64,000 nt of DNA, taken from contig CAZRBB010000001.1 of the NCBI GenBank assembly GCA_964598205.1, positions 92,199-156,198 of the forward strand, read 5' to 3'. The position numbers and the translations under genes are program-made. The notes beneath the pieces are model-generated. The model searched no databases. It was not told the DNA's origin and worked only from the letters and a program-made list of their open reading frames with translations. Shown piece after piece: positions 26,987-35,338 of the stretch. Numbering within the stretch: position 1 is the stretch's first letter; each line of letters opens with the position of its first letter. This DNA is from an uncultured Candidatus Saccharibacteria bacterium (GTDB lineage: Bacteria > Patescibacteriota > Minisyncoccia > CAIUEV01 > JAHKAQ01).

Positions 26987-28333
26987 ATGGAAGGAAAAAA
27001 CGAAATCGTTTTTAAGAAAATCTTATTAGTTGGTCTTTCTATGTTTGGCAAGCGCTGGTCTTTTACTCCGCTGGACCTAGCTTATTCTATTGGCTATCTA
27101 AGAAAGGTAGAGCCAAGAATCAGAGCTAATTTTACGCAACTAGCGCTTCATCAAGGCCGAGGCTCATTACATACTGTTTCAAAAGAACTTCAAAAAGCAA
27201 AGAAGAAAATCATAAAAGAAGATCCGGATTTGGTTGTTTTTTTCCTAGAAAACATTTTACTGAGTGGAATGTTCTATGAAGGAATTTTTCTGCGACTAGC
27301 AAAAATCCTAAAAAAAGAATGGCAGGGGAAGGTAGTTTTCCAAAGCCATAAACTAGACAACGCTAAAGCGAAGATTATTTTAAAATTAAATCCAGTTGTT
27401 GACTTTGTGATCTTGGGAGAGCCTGAACTTCCTCTCTTGGAATTAATCCTAGGAAGATCAAAGGGGAAGATAATAAAATTAAAGCCAGGTAACCTCATGC
27501 CTCTTAAAGAAATTCCTTCCCCATATCTTTCTGGAATTTTAGATCTCTTTCTTAGAAAGAAAGGCGTGATGATCATGCTAGAAACGAAAAGAGGGTGTCC
27601 AGGGTCCTGTCATTATTGTTTTAGGAGCGTGAAGCATTCCAGTGTTAGATTTTTCAACTTAGAGAGAGTTATGGAAGAACTAAGGTATTTAAAAACCAAA
27701 GGGAGAGAGAAAGTATTTATTATAGATGATCTCTTTATTTTTAATCTGCTTTATTTGAAAAGATTTGTAAGTTTATATAAGAAGTTTTTTAAAAATCAGA
27801 ATGGTCCTTGGCTGGTAATAACGAGTCGTCTCGAGAATCTAACGCTAGAGGCCATTGATCTTCTTGATTTGATTAAAGTCTCTCTTATCCAGATTGGTCT
27901 TCAGAGTACAAACCCAAAGACTTTTAAGTTCTTCGGAAGAAAGCTAGGGAGAACGGAAATTAAAAAAAAGTATAAAGCTATAAAAAAAAAATGTGGGAGC
28001 GAAATTTTGATCGATCTTATCCTAGGACTTCCCCAGGATAATTTACAGAAATTCAAAGAGTCTCTGGATTTTACAATCAAGCTCAAGCCACAGCGAATTC
28101 AAATAAAGCAGCTTTATTTAAATCCTGGAACCAGATTTTATAAGGAGCAAAAAAAATATAATTTTCAAGTAAATCAAAAGCGTGATGATTTTAGATCTCC
28201 TTTCGTTCTAGAGAACTGCTCATTTAAAGAGAAAGAAATGAAGGAAGCATTTCTCTATATAAAAAAAGTAGCCAAAAGAGAGAAAAAAATTCATTGGAAA
28301 GTACTTACTGCCTGGGGAAATTTCAGGAGCTAG
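26987..28333 (+). CDS. B12-binding domain radical SAM protein (class B rSAM)
   Basis: N-terminal Rossmann-like B12-binding region, then RGCPGSCHYC (CX3CX2C). Confidence 0.7.
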   Translation: MEGKNEIVFKKILLVGLSMFGKRWSFTPLDLAYSIGYLRKVEPRIRANFTQLALHQGRGSLHTVSKELQKAKKKIIKEDPDLVVFFLENILLSGMFYEGIFLRLAKILKKEWQGKVVFQSHKLDNAKAKIILKLNPVVDFVILGEPELPLLELILGRSKGKIIKLKPGNLMPLKEIPSPYLSGILDLFLRKKGVMIMLETKRGCPGSCHYCFRSVKHSSVRFFNLERVMEELRYLKTKGREKVFIIDDLFIFNLLYLKRFVSLYKKFFKNQNGPWLVITSRLENLTLEAIDLLDLIKVSLIQIGLQSTNPKTFKFFGRKLGRTEIKKKYKAIKKKCGSEILIDLILGLPQDNLQKFKESLDFTIKLKPQRIQIKQLYLNPGTRFYKEQKKYNFQVNQKRDDFRSPFVLENCSFKEKEMKEAFLYIKKVAKREKKIHWKVLTAWGNFRS

Positions 28334-28461
28334 TTTTTTAAAAGAAAGCCATTCTTTTTGTTAAGAGATGGGTAGTTTAATTTTAAAAACAGCGATTTTT
28401 CTTTAAGACGGTTTTTTGCTAAAATACCAAGGTTAAACTTTTAGTAATTTTAGTAAAAATA

Positions 28462-30198
28462 ATGATAAGAAAACCGCGAATTCATTCTGGAAGTGAAGAA
28501 TATTTTAAAAGACGACCCATGCAGGAGTCTCGAATAATTTCCAAAAGAGAACACCGCTTTCCCTTGGAAAGAAAAAGCGGCGGTTTTTATTTCTTCTGGA
28601 TCTTGGGAGGATTAGCAGCCATTGCAGTAATTTATTTTTTAGGGAACTTTATTAAGACACAGGGCCTACGAGCAAATTTAGTGTTTTATGAAGGAGAAGT
28701 TTTTGTTAAGCAGGGAGGAGACGGCAATGATTGGAAAAAAGTAGAGAAAGAAGTCAAATTAAAAAAGATGGACGAAGTAAAAACAATGGAAAATTCTCGG
28801 GCGATTGTTAATTTTGAAGATGGCAGTGTTTTGCGTTTAGATGAGTTTTCTCGGGTAATTCTTTCCGAAGAAAGCGGGAATATCTTGGTAATTCAGACCG
28901 ATGGTGGCTCTTATCATCGGGTTTCTAAAAACGACGACAAGAAATACTTTGTAGAATTTACTGGCATAGATGGCGTTCCCAAAACAAAAATAGAAGCCCT
29001 AGGAACTGCCTTTTGGGTAAAGAAAACGGGGACAGAAATCTCCGTAGGAGTTTTAGGTGGAAAAGTAAAATACACCAAAGAAGAAAAAAACACTTCTTTT
29101 GAATTAGAGGAGGGTCAAGAAGTTCTTTCTGGAACAGACAAGGAAGACAAAAGAGAAGTAAGCATAGAAGATCTAACGGCGGAATTTATTTCTTGGAATA
29201 TTGATCAGGATCAAAAAAAGAATCTAGCTCTAGGAGCATTTGTAGGATTAAAATTAGCCCAGAAAGAAACCCAGGAAAAATCCCAAGAAGAATCTCGGCC
29301 TCAGGCAAGCGAAGAAAATAAACCAGAAGAAGAAAAAAAGGATGACCCAGCAACAACAGAAAATGGAACGCAGACAGGAATTATTTTAACGGGAACGGCA
29401 GGGGATAACGGAGTAACCTTGAATTGGGAACTTAAAGACACGGAGGCAAAGGATGGGCTTAAAATTGTTAAAGGATTAGAAGCTAATCCTGAATATCCAG
29501 GTAGTTATTATCGCTCGGTTCGCTCGGAAAGTTCTAAGAGCTACCTTTGGGATGTAACCGATGGCAAAACGCATCATTTTCGAATTTGTGCTTACGACGG
29601 CACCTCTGGCTGCAAGGCTTACTCAAATGATTTTATGATAGAAGCCAAAAAAGTGGCGAGCGAAAAAGATGCGGAAAGCTGTAAAGATTCTGGCGGAACC
29701 TGGAGTGAAACTGATAAAAAATGCACCTGTCCAAGCGATCAAGAACTGAATTTGGGTCGTTGTCAAAAGAAAGAGGCGAGTAGTGAGGCGCTAAAAGAAC
29801 AAGAAAAAAGCTGTACGGATTCTGGAGGGACATGGGACAAAGATAATGAAGAATGTGATTGTGCCGAAACGGAAACATTAAAAGAGGATCGCTGTGTTAA
29901 AAAAGAATACGCCGATTCAGTGAGTCTTTCTGGAGATAGTACAAAAAAGGGAGAAGCTAAATTAAGCTGGACCATATCTGGAGGTAATGCGCCAGATGGT
30001 TATAAGATTGTACGGAGCAAAGGCAAAGATCCTATTTATCCTGGAGACAAGGGCGTCTCCATTTCTAAAGAAGATACCAAGAGCTATGCTTGGAAAGATC
30101 TACCAGAAGGAGAAACCTATTATTTTAGAGTTTGCGTGTTCGACGGTTCCAAGTGTTTAGACTACAGCTCAAATCAAAAGATAAAAATCAAGAACTAG
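28462..30198 (+). CDS. Membrane-anchored FecR-domain protein with internal Cys-rich repeats and two FN3-like C-terminal repeats
   Basis: TM helix, a FecR-like AIVNFEDGSVLRLDEFSRVIL, duplicated SC.DSGGTW...C.C....RC.KKE modules and duplicated ~90-aa beta-rich repeats. Confidence 0.5.
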   Translation: MIRKPRIHSGSEEYFKRRPMQESRIISKREHRFPLERKSGGFYFFWILGGLAAIAVIYFLGNFIKTQGLRANLVFYEGEVFVKQGGDGNDWKKVEKEVKLKKMDEVKTMENSRAIVNFEDGSVLRLDEFSRVILSEESGNILVIQTDGGSYHRVSKNDDKKYFVEFTGIDGVPKTKIEALGTAFWVKKTGTEISVGVLGGKVKYTKEEKNTSFELEEGQEVLSGTDKEDKREVSIEDLTAEFISWNIDQDQKKNLALGAFVGLKLAQKETQEKSQEESRPQASEENKPEEEKKDDPATTENGTQTGIILTGTAGDNGVTLNWELKDTEAKDGLKIVKGLEANPEYPGSYYRSVRSESSKSYLWDVTDGKTHHFRICAYDGTSGCKAYSNDFMIEAKKVASEKDAESCKDSGGTWSETDKKCTCPSDQELNLGRCQKKEASSEALKEQEKSCTDSGGTWDKDNEECDCAETETLKEDRCVKKEYADSVSLSGDSTKKGEAKLSWTISGGNAPDGYKIVRSKGKDPIYPGDKGVSISKEDTKSYAWKDLPEGETYYFRVCVFDGSKCLDYSSNQKIKIKN

Positions 30199-30271
30199 AA
30201 ATTTATTTTCCCTAAGACAAGAAGTTTGCTCTTGAGTAAAATTTCGCTATGATGTTTTTGTTTCCACCAAA

Positions 30272-30345
30272 GGCAGGGTAGCTCAGTTGGTTAGAGCGTG
30301 GGACTCATAAGCCCGAGGTCGTGGGTTCAACTCCCACCCCTGCTA
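30272..30345 (+). tRNA. tRNA-Met (anticodon CAU), possibly initiator-like; no encoded CCA
   Basis: Cloverleaf with a CUCAUAA loop. GGG/CCC in the anticodon stem and a G1-U72 weak pair. A31-G39 mismatch. Confidence 0.75.
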
Positions 30346-30390
30346 CTTTATAAAAATGTTTGTAGAAGAAAAAATTAGTTTGGTTATTTA

Positions 30391-31085
30391 TTATTCGCAA
30401 CAATTAAGACCATTTTCACAGTTGCGACCACCCCAGTCAATTGATCCTTTTGTACCACAGCCTTTTTTACAAGTGCCACCGTTGTCACCACAAGACTCAT
30501 TTTCCTTGCCGTTACCTACTAAACATTTCCCACTATAGCAAGTTCCATTGTCGTTTGTTTTAGTGAGGCAATTATCCCCATTTTTTCTTGGCACGGGGTT
30601 TCTTCGTTTGTTGCTGGTGCTGGCGTTGGTGTTGTTGTTTTCTTATAACTTTTGCATTCCATATTTAAACTCCACCAATTTTCTGTATAGCCCATTAGTT
30701 TGGCTGTAATATTAACAAAGAGCCAAGCTAAAAGACAAAATAAAAACCCCAAGAGGGCTAATTTAATAGCCTCCTTGGCGGTATTCATTAAAGCTTCTGT
30801 ACCAGCAGAAGTAATATATAAAACTCCGGCAATAGCACCAATTAAAATAGCAAAAGCCAAAGAAATTTTTAATAAGAATTGAAAAATATTTTTAGCCAAA
30901 AGTACAAAGTGGCAAAGGGTGCACAGATCACCCTTAATACCACAAGGAACAAGCGAACCTTCGTAATAACCGCTGGCAGCCAAAGAAGAGAGAGGTGCAA
31001 TTATTAAAACAATCCACAGAGCTAACAAGAGAAAGGCATTTCTGGATTTTGATTTAAACATCCTCTTATTTATAAACAATCTCAT
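30391..31085 (-). pseudogene. Frameshifted/truncated paralog of the 31672-32802 pilin-like Cys-rich protein
   Basis: ORFs 30519-31085 and 30391-30594 align in series to the full-length paralog. The frame changes at an A6/T6 homopolymer near 30581-30586. The copy ends 45 nt from the tRNA-Met 3' end. Confidence 0.5.
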
Positions 31086-31140
31086 ATTTTATTTATTGGT
31101 TAATTTATTTATTTATTTATTTCTAAATATTTCTAGCTTG

Positions 31141-31641
31141 TTATTTGGGAAGCGGTTTTCCATCTGTACAAAAACTTAGCCCATAATCAAAACCAGAAGC
31201 TTGATTATCTACAAAATAAGGGACAGTCATTTCCACTTTCAAGTAGCAAGCTTGTTTTTGATTAGCACCAGTGATTGCTAAAAAATCAGTTTCTGCGTTT
31301 TTTCTTGCAGCTTCTAAATTTTCATTAAGAAGAACTATTAAGAAAAACTTTTCCTTAAAAAAATATTCCATGGAATAATCACTGGTTTTTTTAAAAGCAA
31401 AACTCATAGAAAATTCAGTCCCAGGGATTTTATTTTTATAAACATTGGTCAGGTCAATTTCGCCTTCGGGAGTAGATATTTTTTCAGATTTTGTTACGAC
31501 TGGTGAGGATTCTGTCCCAGGATTATTGGGACTTTTATTTTCAGAATTTTCTCCTGGATTAGTTTTTGTAATCTTAAAATAAAAAAAGACAATTAGAGCC
31601 AAGAGCAACAAGGAAAGAATAATGTAGATAAATTTCTTCAT
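31141..31641 (-). CDS. Hypothetical secreted/membrane-anchored protein
   Basis: N-terminal hydrophobic helix. Confidence 0.4.
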   Translation of the reverse strand: MKKFIYIILSLLLLALIVFFYFKITKTNPGENSENKSPNNPGTESSPVVTKSEKISTPEGEIDLTNVYKNKIPGTEFSMSFAFKKTSDYSMEYFFKEKFFLIVLLNENLEAARKNAETDFLAITGANQKQACYLKVEMTVPYFVDNQASGFDYGLSFCTDGKPLPK

Positions 31642-31671
31642 AAAAACAATTTGGTTTTTTTAAAAACGGCT

Positions 31672-32802
31672 TTACTGGCACTTAGCATTGGTACTCCATT
31701 GACTAAAATTCGTCCAATTACCCGAAAGCTGGCAGGCATATTTAATATTTGTTTCTGGGTCGGTAGCTGAAGTTTTACAGGCACTGTAAGTACCTGGATT
31801 GAGAATATCACATTTCATGCATTTTCTAACAATATCGAATTGAGGCTTTTCACACTTAAAGCCCGAAGGACAATTTGTTCCACCAATGCTATGTTTTGTA
31901 AGATTAATTTGGAAAAGTCCGCAAGAAGCTCCAGTTCCAGCACCTTGCTTATCTGGACAAATCTTATCTCCACAAACCGTAGGCGAACCCCCACTTTCTT
32001 CTTTGCAAATACAAATCGCTTTAGCCACATTAGCACTTCCACCGGGGCAATATTTATTTAGATTTTCTTCAGTGCAGTAACCAGATCCGGCTATTTTTTT
32101 CTTACAACAAACAAGGCCACTTTCACAGTTACGGCCACCCCAATCGGTTGTTCCGTCGCTACAATCTTTTGCACAAGTACCGCCATTATCGCCGCAGGGT
32201 TCATCTTTTTTTCCGTCTCCTTCTAAGCATTGCCCACTATAACAGTAGCCTTCAATTGTTTCCTCGCCGTCTGTTTTAGTACAAGAATCACCCTCTTTTT
32301 TATTTTGGCAGGCAGGGTCAACTATTGGGCATTGATTGTTAATTGGTATCCCACCACCTGGGCAGATGTCCGGTGGCATAGGAACTCGGTAATCTTTACA
32401 TTCCAAATTAAGACTCCACCACTGTTCTTGGTAGCCCATTGTTTTAGCAACTAAATTCACCAAAAGCCAAGAAAAAAGACAAAGAGCAAATCCCCAAAGA
32501 CTAAGCTTAAATCCATTCTTGGCGTTGGTGATTTGTTTTTCTGATCCAGCAGAGATAACATAAAGAATACCAACAATCGCTCCTATTAAAATAGAGAAGG
32601 CCAGTGATACTTTTAACAGGAACTCAAATATTTTTTTAGCCAAAAGCACAAAATCGCAGAGAGTACACCATTTATCTTTAACACCGCAGGGGACTAAGGA
32701 ATCATCATAATACCCGGCCAATGCTAGGAGAGGGAAAGAAATTAAAAACACCGTTAAAAGGAAAATTTTTAATCGGCGATTATTTTTAAAATAGGAAATC
32801 AT
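31672..32802 (-). CDS. VirB2/TrbC-like (T4SS-pilin-like) two-helix N-terminal module fused to a Cys-rich extracellular domain with an ES...GLFQ lytic-transglycosylase-like motif
   Basis: Signal peptide; LVPCG..C..LC then two hydrophobic helices; about 40 Cys; KEESGGSP...GASCGLFQIN resembles the SLT family ES/GLMQ motifs. Confidence 0.45.
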   Translation of the reverse strand: MISYFKNNRRLKIFLLTVFLISFPLLALAGYYDDSLVPCGVKDKWCTLCDFVLLAKKIFEFLLKVSLAFSILIGAIVGILYVISAGSEKQITNAKNGFKLSLWGFALCLFSWLLVNLVAKTMGYQEQWWSLNLECKDYRVPMPPDICPGGGIPINNQCPIVDPACQNKKEGDSCTKTDGEETIEGYCYSGQCLEGDGKKDEPCGDNGGTCAKDCSDGTTDWGGRNCESGLVCCKKKIAGSGYCTEENLNKYCPGGSANVAKAICICKEESGGSPTVCGDKICPDKQGAGTGASCGLFQINLTKHSIGGTNCPSGFKCEKPQFDIVRKCMKCDILNPGTYSACKTSATDPETNIKYACQLSGNWTNFSQWSTNAKCQ

Positions 32803-32849
32803 GGGCTTGATTAGAAACTTTAAATTTTATATTGTTAATTTCTAGCTTT

Positions 32850-32926
32850 GGGGATATAGCTCAGTTGGCTAGAGCGCTTCCATGGCATGGAAGAGGCCAA
32901 GGGTTCAAATCCCTTTATCTCCACCA
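32850..32926 (+). tRNA. tRNA-Ala (anticodon GGC), CCA encoded
   Basis: Cloverleaf with G3-U70, anticodon loop auGGCau and T-arm AAGGGTTCAAATCCCTT. Confidence 0.85.
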
Positions 32927-32949
32927 AAAAAATTTAAAAATACTTTTTT

Positions 32950-33798
32950 TCATTCTCCTTTTTCCAGTCTTTCTATTCTCTCGGCTACCGGCGGGTGAGT
33001 GGCGAATAATCTTTGAATCAATCCCAAGGAAGCTCCACCGGCTAAAGGGCTTACAATATATAAATTTTCAAAGGCAGGGTTAATTTCCATTTTTTCTCTT
33101 TGAGAGATATTGGCCAATTTAGCCAAGGCACTAGCCAAACCTTCGCCATCGCCAGCTAACTTAGCACCAGTAGCGTCAGCCTTAAATTCCCTAGAACGAG
33201 AAATAGCCATTTGAATTAAAAGGGCTGCTATGGGAGCCAAAATAATAATTAAAATTTCAGAAAAAGGATTTCTGTTTTCGCCGCTAGACCTTCCACCAAA
33301 GAAACTAGTCCAACGAATTAAATACACTAAGCTGGTAATGGCCGAAGCAATCACAGCCGCGGCAGTGGCTAAAAGAATATCTCTATTTTTTATATGACCA
33401 ATTTCGTGAGCCAAAACGCCAGCCAATTCTCCTTCTTCTAGATTATTCAAAAGCCCCATGGTTACTACCACAGAGGAGTGTGAAGGATTCCGACCGGTAG
33501 CAAAAGCGTTAGCCTGAAGACTGTCGGAAAGAAATAGTTTAGGACAAGGAACGCCCGCCTTCCCTGAAAGTTCTTTTACTAAGCGATAAACTTCTGGAAA
33601 TTTATCTTCAGCCATTGGTTTGGCCTTGGCAGTCCGAATGGCGATTTTATCGGAAAAAAAATAAACAAAAATATTCATTAAAATACCGATTCCACCAAAT
33701 AAAAGAGCTCCCGAAGAATCTCCGGCAATTTTTCCAAGAGTGATTAAAATAAGAACCAAAGAACTAAAAAGAAGAATTGTTTTCAAGGTGTTGTTCAT
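32950..33798 (-). CDS. htpX: Zinc metalloprotease HtpX (M48)
   Basis: HEIGH motif in a membrane context; HtpX-like overall. Confidence 0.8.
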   Translation of the reverse strand: MNNTLKTILLFSSLVLILITLGKIAGDSSGALLFGGIGILMNIFVYFFSDKIAIRTAKAKPMAEDKFPEVYRLVKELSGKAGVPCPKLFLSDSLQANAFATGRNPSHSSVVVTMGLLNNLEEGELAGVLAHEIGHIKNRDILLATAAAVIASAITSLVYLIRWTSFFGGRSSGENRNPFSEILIIILAPIAALLIQMAISRSREFKADATGAKLAGDGEGLASALAKLANISQREKMEINPAFENLYIVSPLAGGASLGLIQRLFATHPPVAERIERLEKGE

Positions 33799-33827
33799 AA
33801 TTCAGTGATCGGGCTAATGATTAAATG

Positions 33828-34799
33828 TTATGGTTCTAGCGTCGGCGCAACGGATTCTTCTGGATTATTGACCGGTAATGTTTTGGAAGGTTCTTGCCCA
33901 GTAACCGGCTTGGTTGTTTTCTTATTAGTTTGGATAAAAGTTTTTAATTCGGGGATTAGCAATCCCAATTGATCCTTAATCCCAGCAATTTCTGTTCTTA
34001 AGTTTTTAATAATGGTCTTGGTATTTTCTAAATTATTTTTTGCTTCTTCTTTATTCTTGGCAGGAGTTATGCCAGTTATTTTTTTTTCTGCAGAATCAAT
34101 GGATTCGCTAAGGGAATTCAAATCAGTCTTTAGAGTTTTTATTTTGGTTTGAGTTTCTGCGGGTAGAGGATTATTTGTTGATGTTTCTTCTATTTTAGCT
34201 AAAGCTGTCTCCACTCTAGTAACAATGGTTTTCCCCGTGGCCACTAAGATTAATCCCTGACCCTGAATAATCATCGAAGAATAACCATGGAATTTTCCTA
34301 ATTGCTCTTGAGCTTCTTCCTTTAAAACTTTTGGATCAGTGCTAGTTGATTGCCCAACATTTTTTGAGAGTTGCTCCAAACCGCTTTTAGTGGAGGAAAG
34401 AGTATCTTTAATTTTGGCTAAGTCTGGCGAATCAACCATATTTTTTTGTCCTAGCCGTGTTTCTATCCGCACTACCATTTGAATACGATTTTGAATCATA
34501 GCCTCAAACATGTTTTGCAAGCGGGACTTATTTGCCCGTCCTCTTAACTGGGCTTTATCCATGTTTCGTTGATCAGGAGCAGTATTATTTTTTGTTGCTT
34601 TTTCTTGAGTAGTGACCTGAGTGCTGGATCCTTGATTTTGGACTTGGTTTCTAACTTGATTTTCTTGATCGGTAGTTTGAACCGTATCATTAGTATTAAC
34701 AGGCGATCCTTGATTATTAGCTGCTTTTGCCGGTATAAAGGAAACAAAGAACACTAAAAAAGAAAGAGGGAGAAGTGCTCTAATTTTTAGTTTGGTCAT
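33828..34799 (-). CDS. Hypothetical secreted Gln/Asn/Thr-rich coiled-coil protein
   Basis: Signal peptide and low-complexity composition. Confidence 0.4.
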   Translation of the reverse strand: MTKLKIRALLPLSFLVFFVSFIPAKAANNQGSPVNTNDTVQTTDQENQVRNQVQNQGSSTQVTTQEKATKNNTAPDQRNMDKAQLRGRANKSRLQNMFEAMIQNRIQMVVRIETRLGQKNMVDSPDLAKIKDTLSSTKSGLEQLSKNVGQSTSTDPKVLKEEAQEQLGKFHGYSSMIIQGQGLILVATGKTIVTRVETALAKIEETSTNNPLPAETQTKIKTLKTDLNSLSESIDSAEKKITGITPAKNKEEAKNNLENTKTIIKNLRTEIAGIKDQLGLLIPELKTFIQTNKKTTKPVTGQEPSKTLPVNNPEESVAPTLEP

Positions 34800-34854
34800 T
34801 TTTTAGAATTATTTTTTGAATATTTTTAAAACCACTGCTTATTTTAGTAAATTG

Positions 34855-35253
34855 TTATTCTAATTTTTCTAACTCTTGAGCTGTTTTTCCTAAAGATTCC
34901 TCTACTTCAATGTTGGCTTGGTCATTACTAGCGTTTTCTTCTACGGAACTAAGGGCTTCGTTAGATGAATTTTCCAGCTCTGTTACAGACATTTCCAAAT
35001 CATTAACCGCCTCTTCCTTGGTTTGGGGAGGGGTATAGGGAGTGGATTTTTGATTATTAATACCGCTGGAATTTTGCTTAAGAGGCGTTTTGTTGGGGTT
35101 TTTTACTTCCGTTTTTTGGCTATGTCCACAGCCCGAGAGAGTTAGTGATAAGCCAAGAACTGTTAAAAAAGAAACCGAAAAAAGAAGAAAACGAAGGTGC
35201 TTTTTCATTTTTATTTTTTTTAAATATAATAATAAACAAAGACATTGTATCAT
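34855..35253 (-). CDS. Putative lipoprotein (LSGC lipobox)
   Basis: Signal peptide plus a Cys lipobox. Confidence 0.35.
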   Translation of the reverse strand: MIQCLCLLLYLKKIKMKKHLRFLLFSVSFLTVLGLSLTLSGCGHSQKTEVKNPNKTPLKQNSSGINNQKSTPYTPPQTKEEAVNDLEMSVTELENSSNEALSSVEENASNDQANIEVEESLGKTAQELEKLE

Positions 35254-35338
35254 TTCTGGAATAAATAGGGAAAAATGGATTTTTTTTGTGCTACAATTCC
35301 TCTTGGTTTGAACCGGATTTTATTTTATATAGTGGAGT

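Noticed and set aside
31815-32454. Several 60-75 aa ORFs on both strands inside 31672-32802
   Set aside because: They are embedded in the long Cys-rich pilin-like ORF, which has a paralog supporting its frame.
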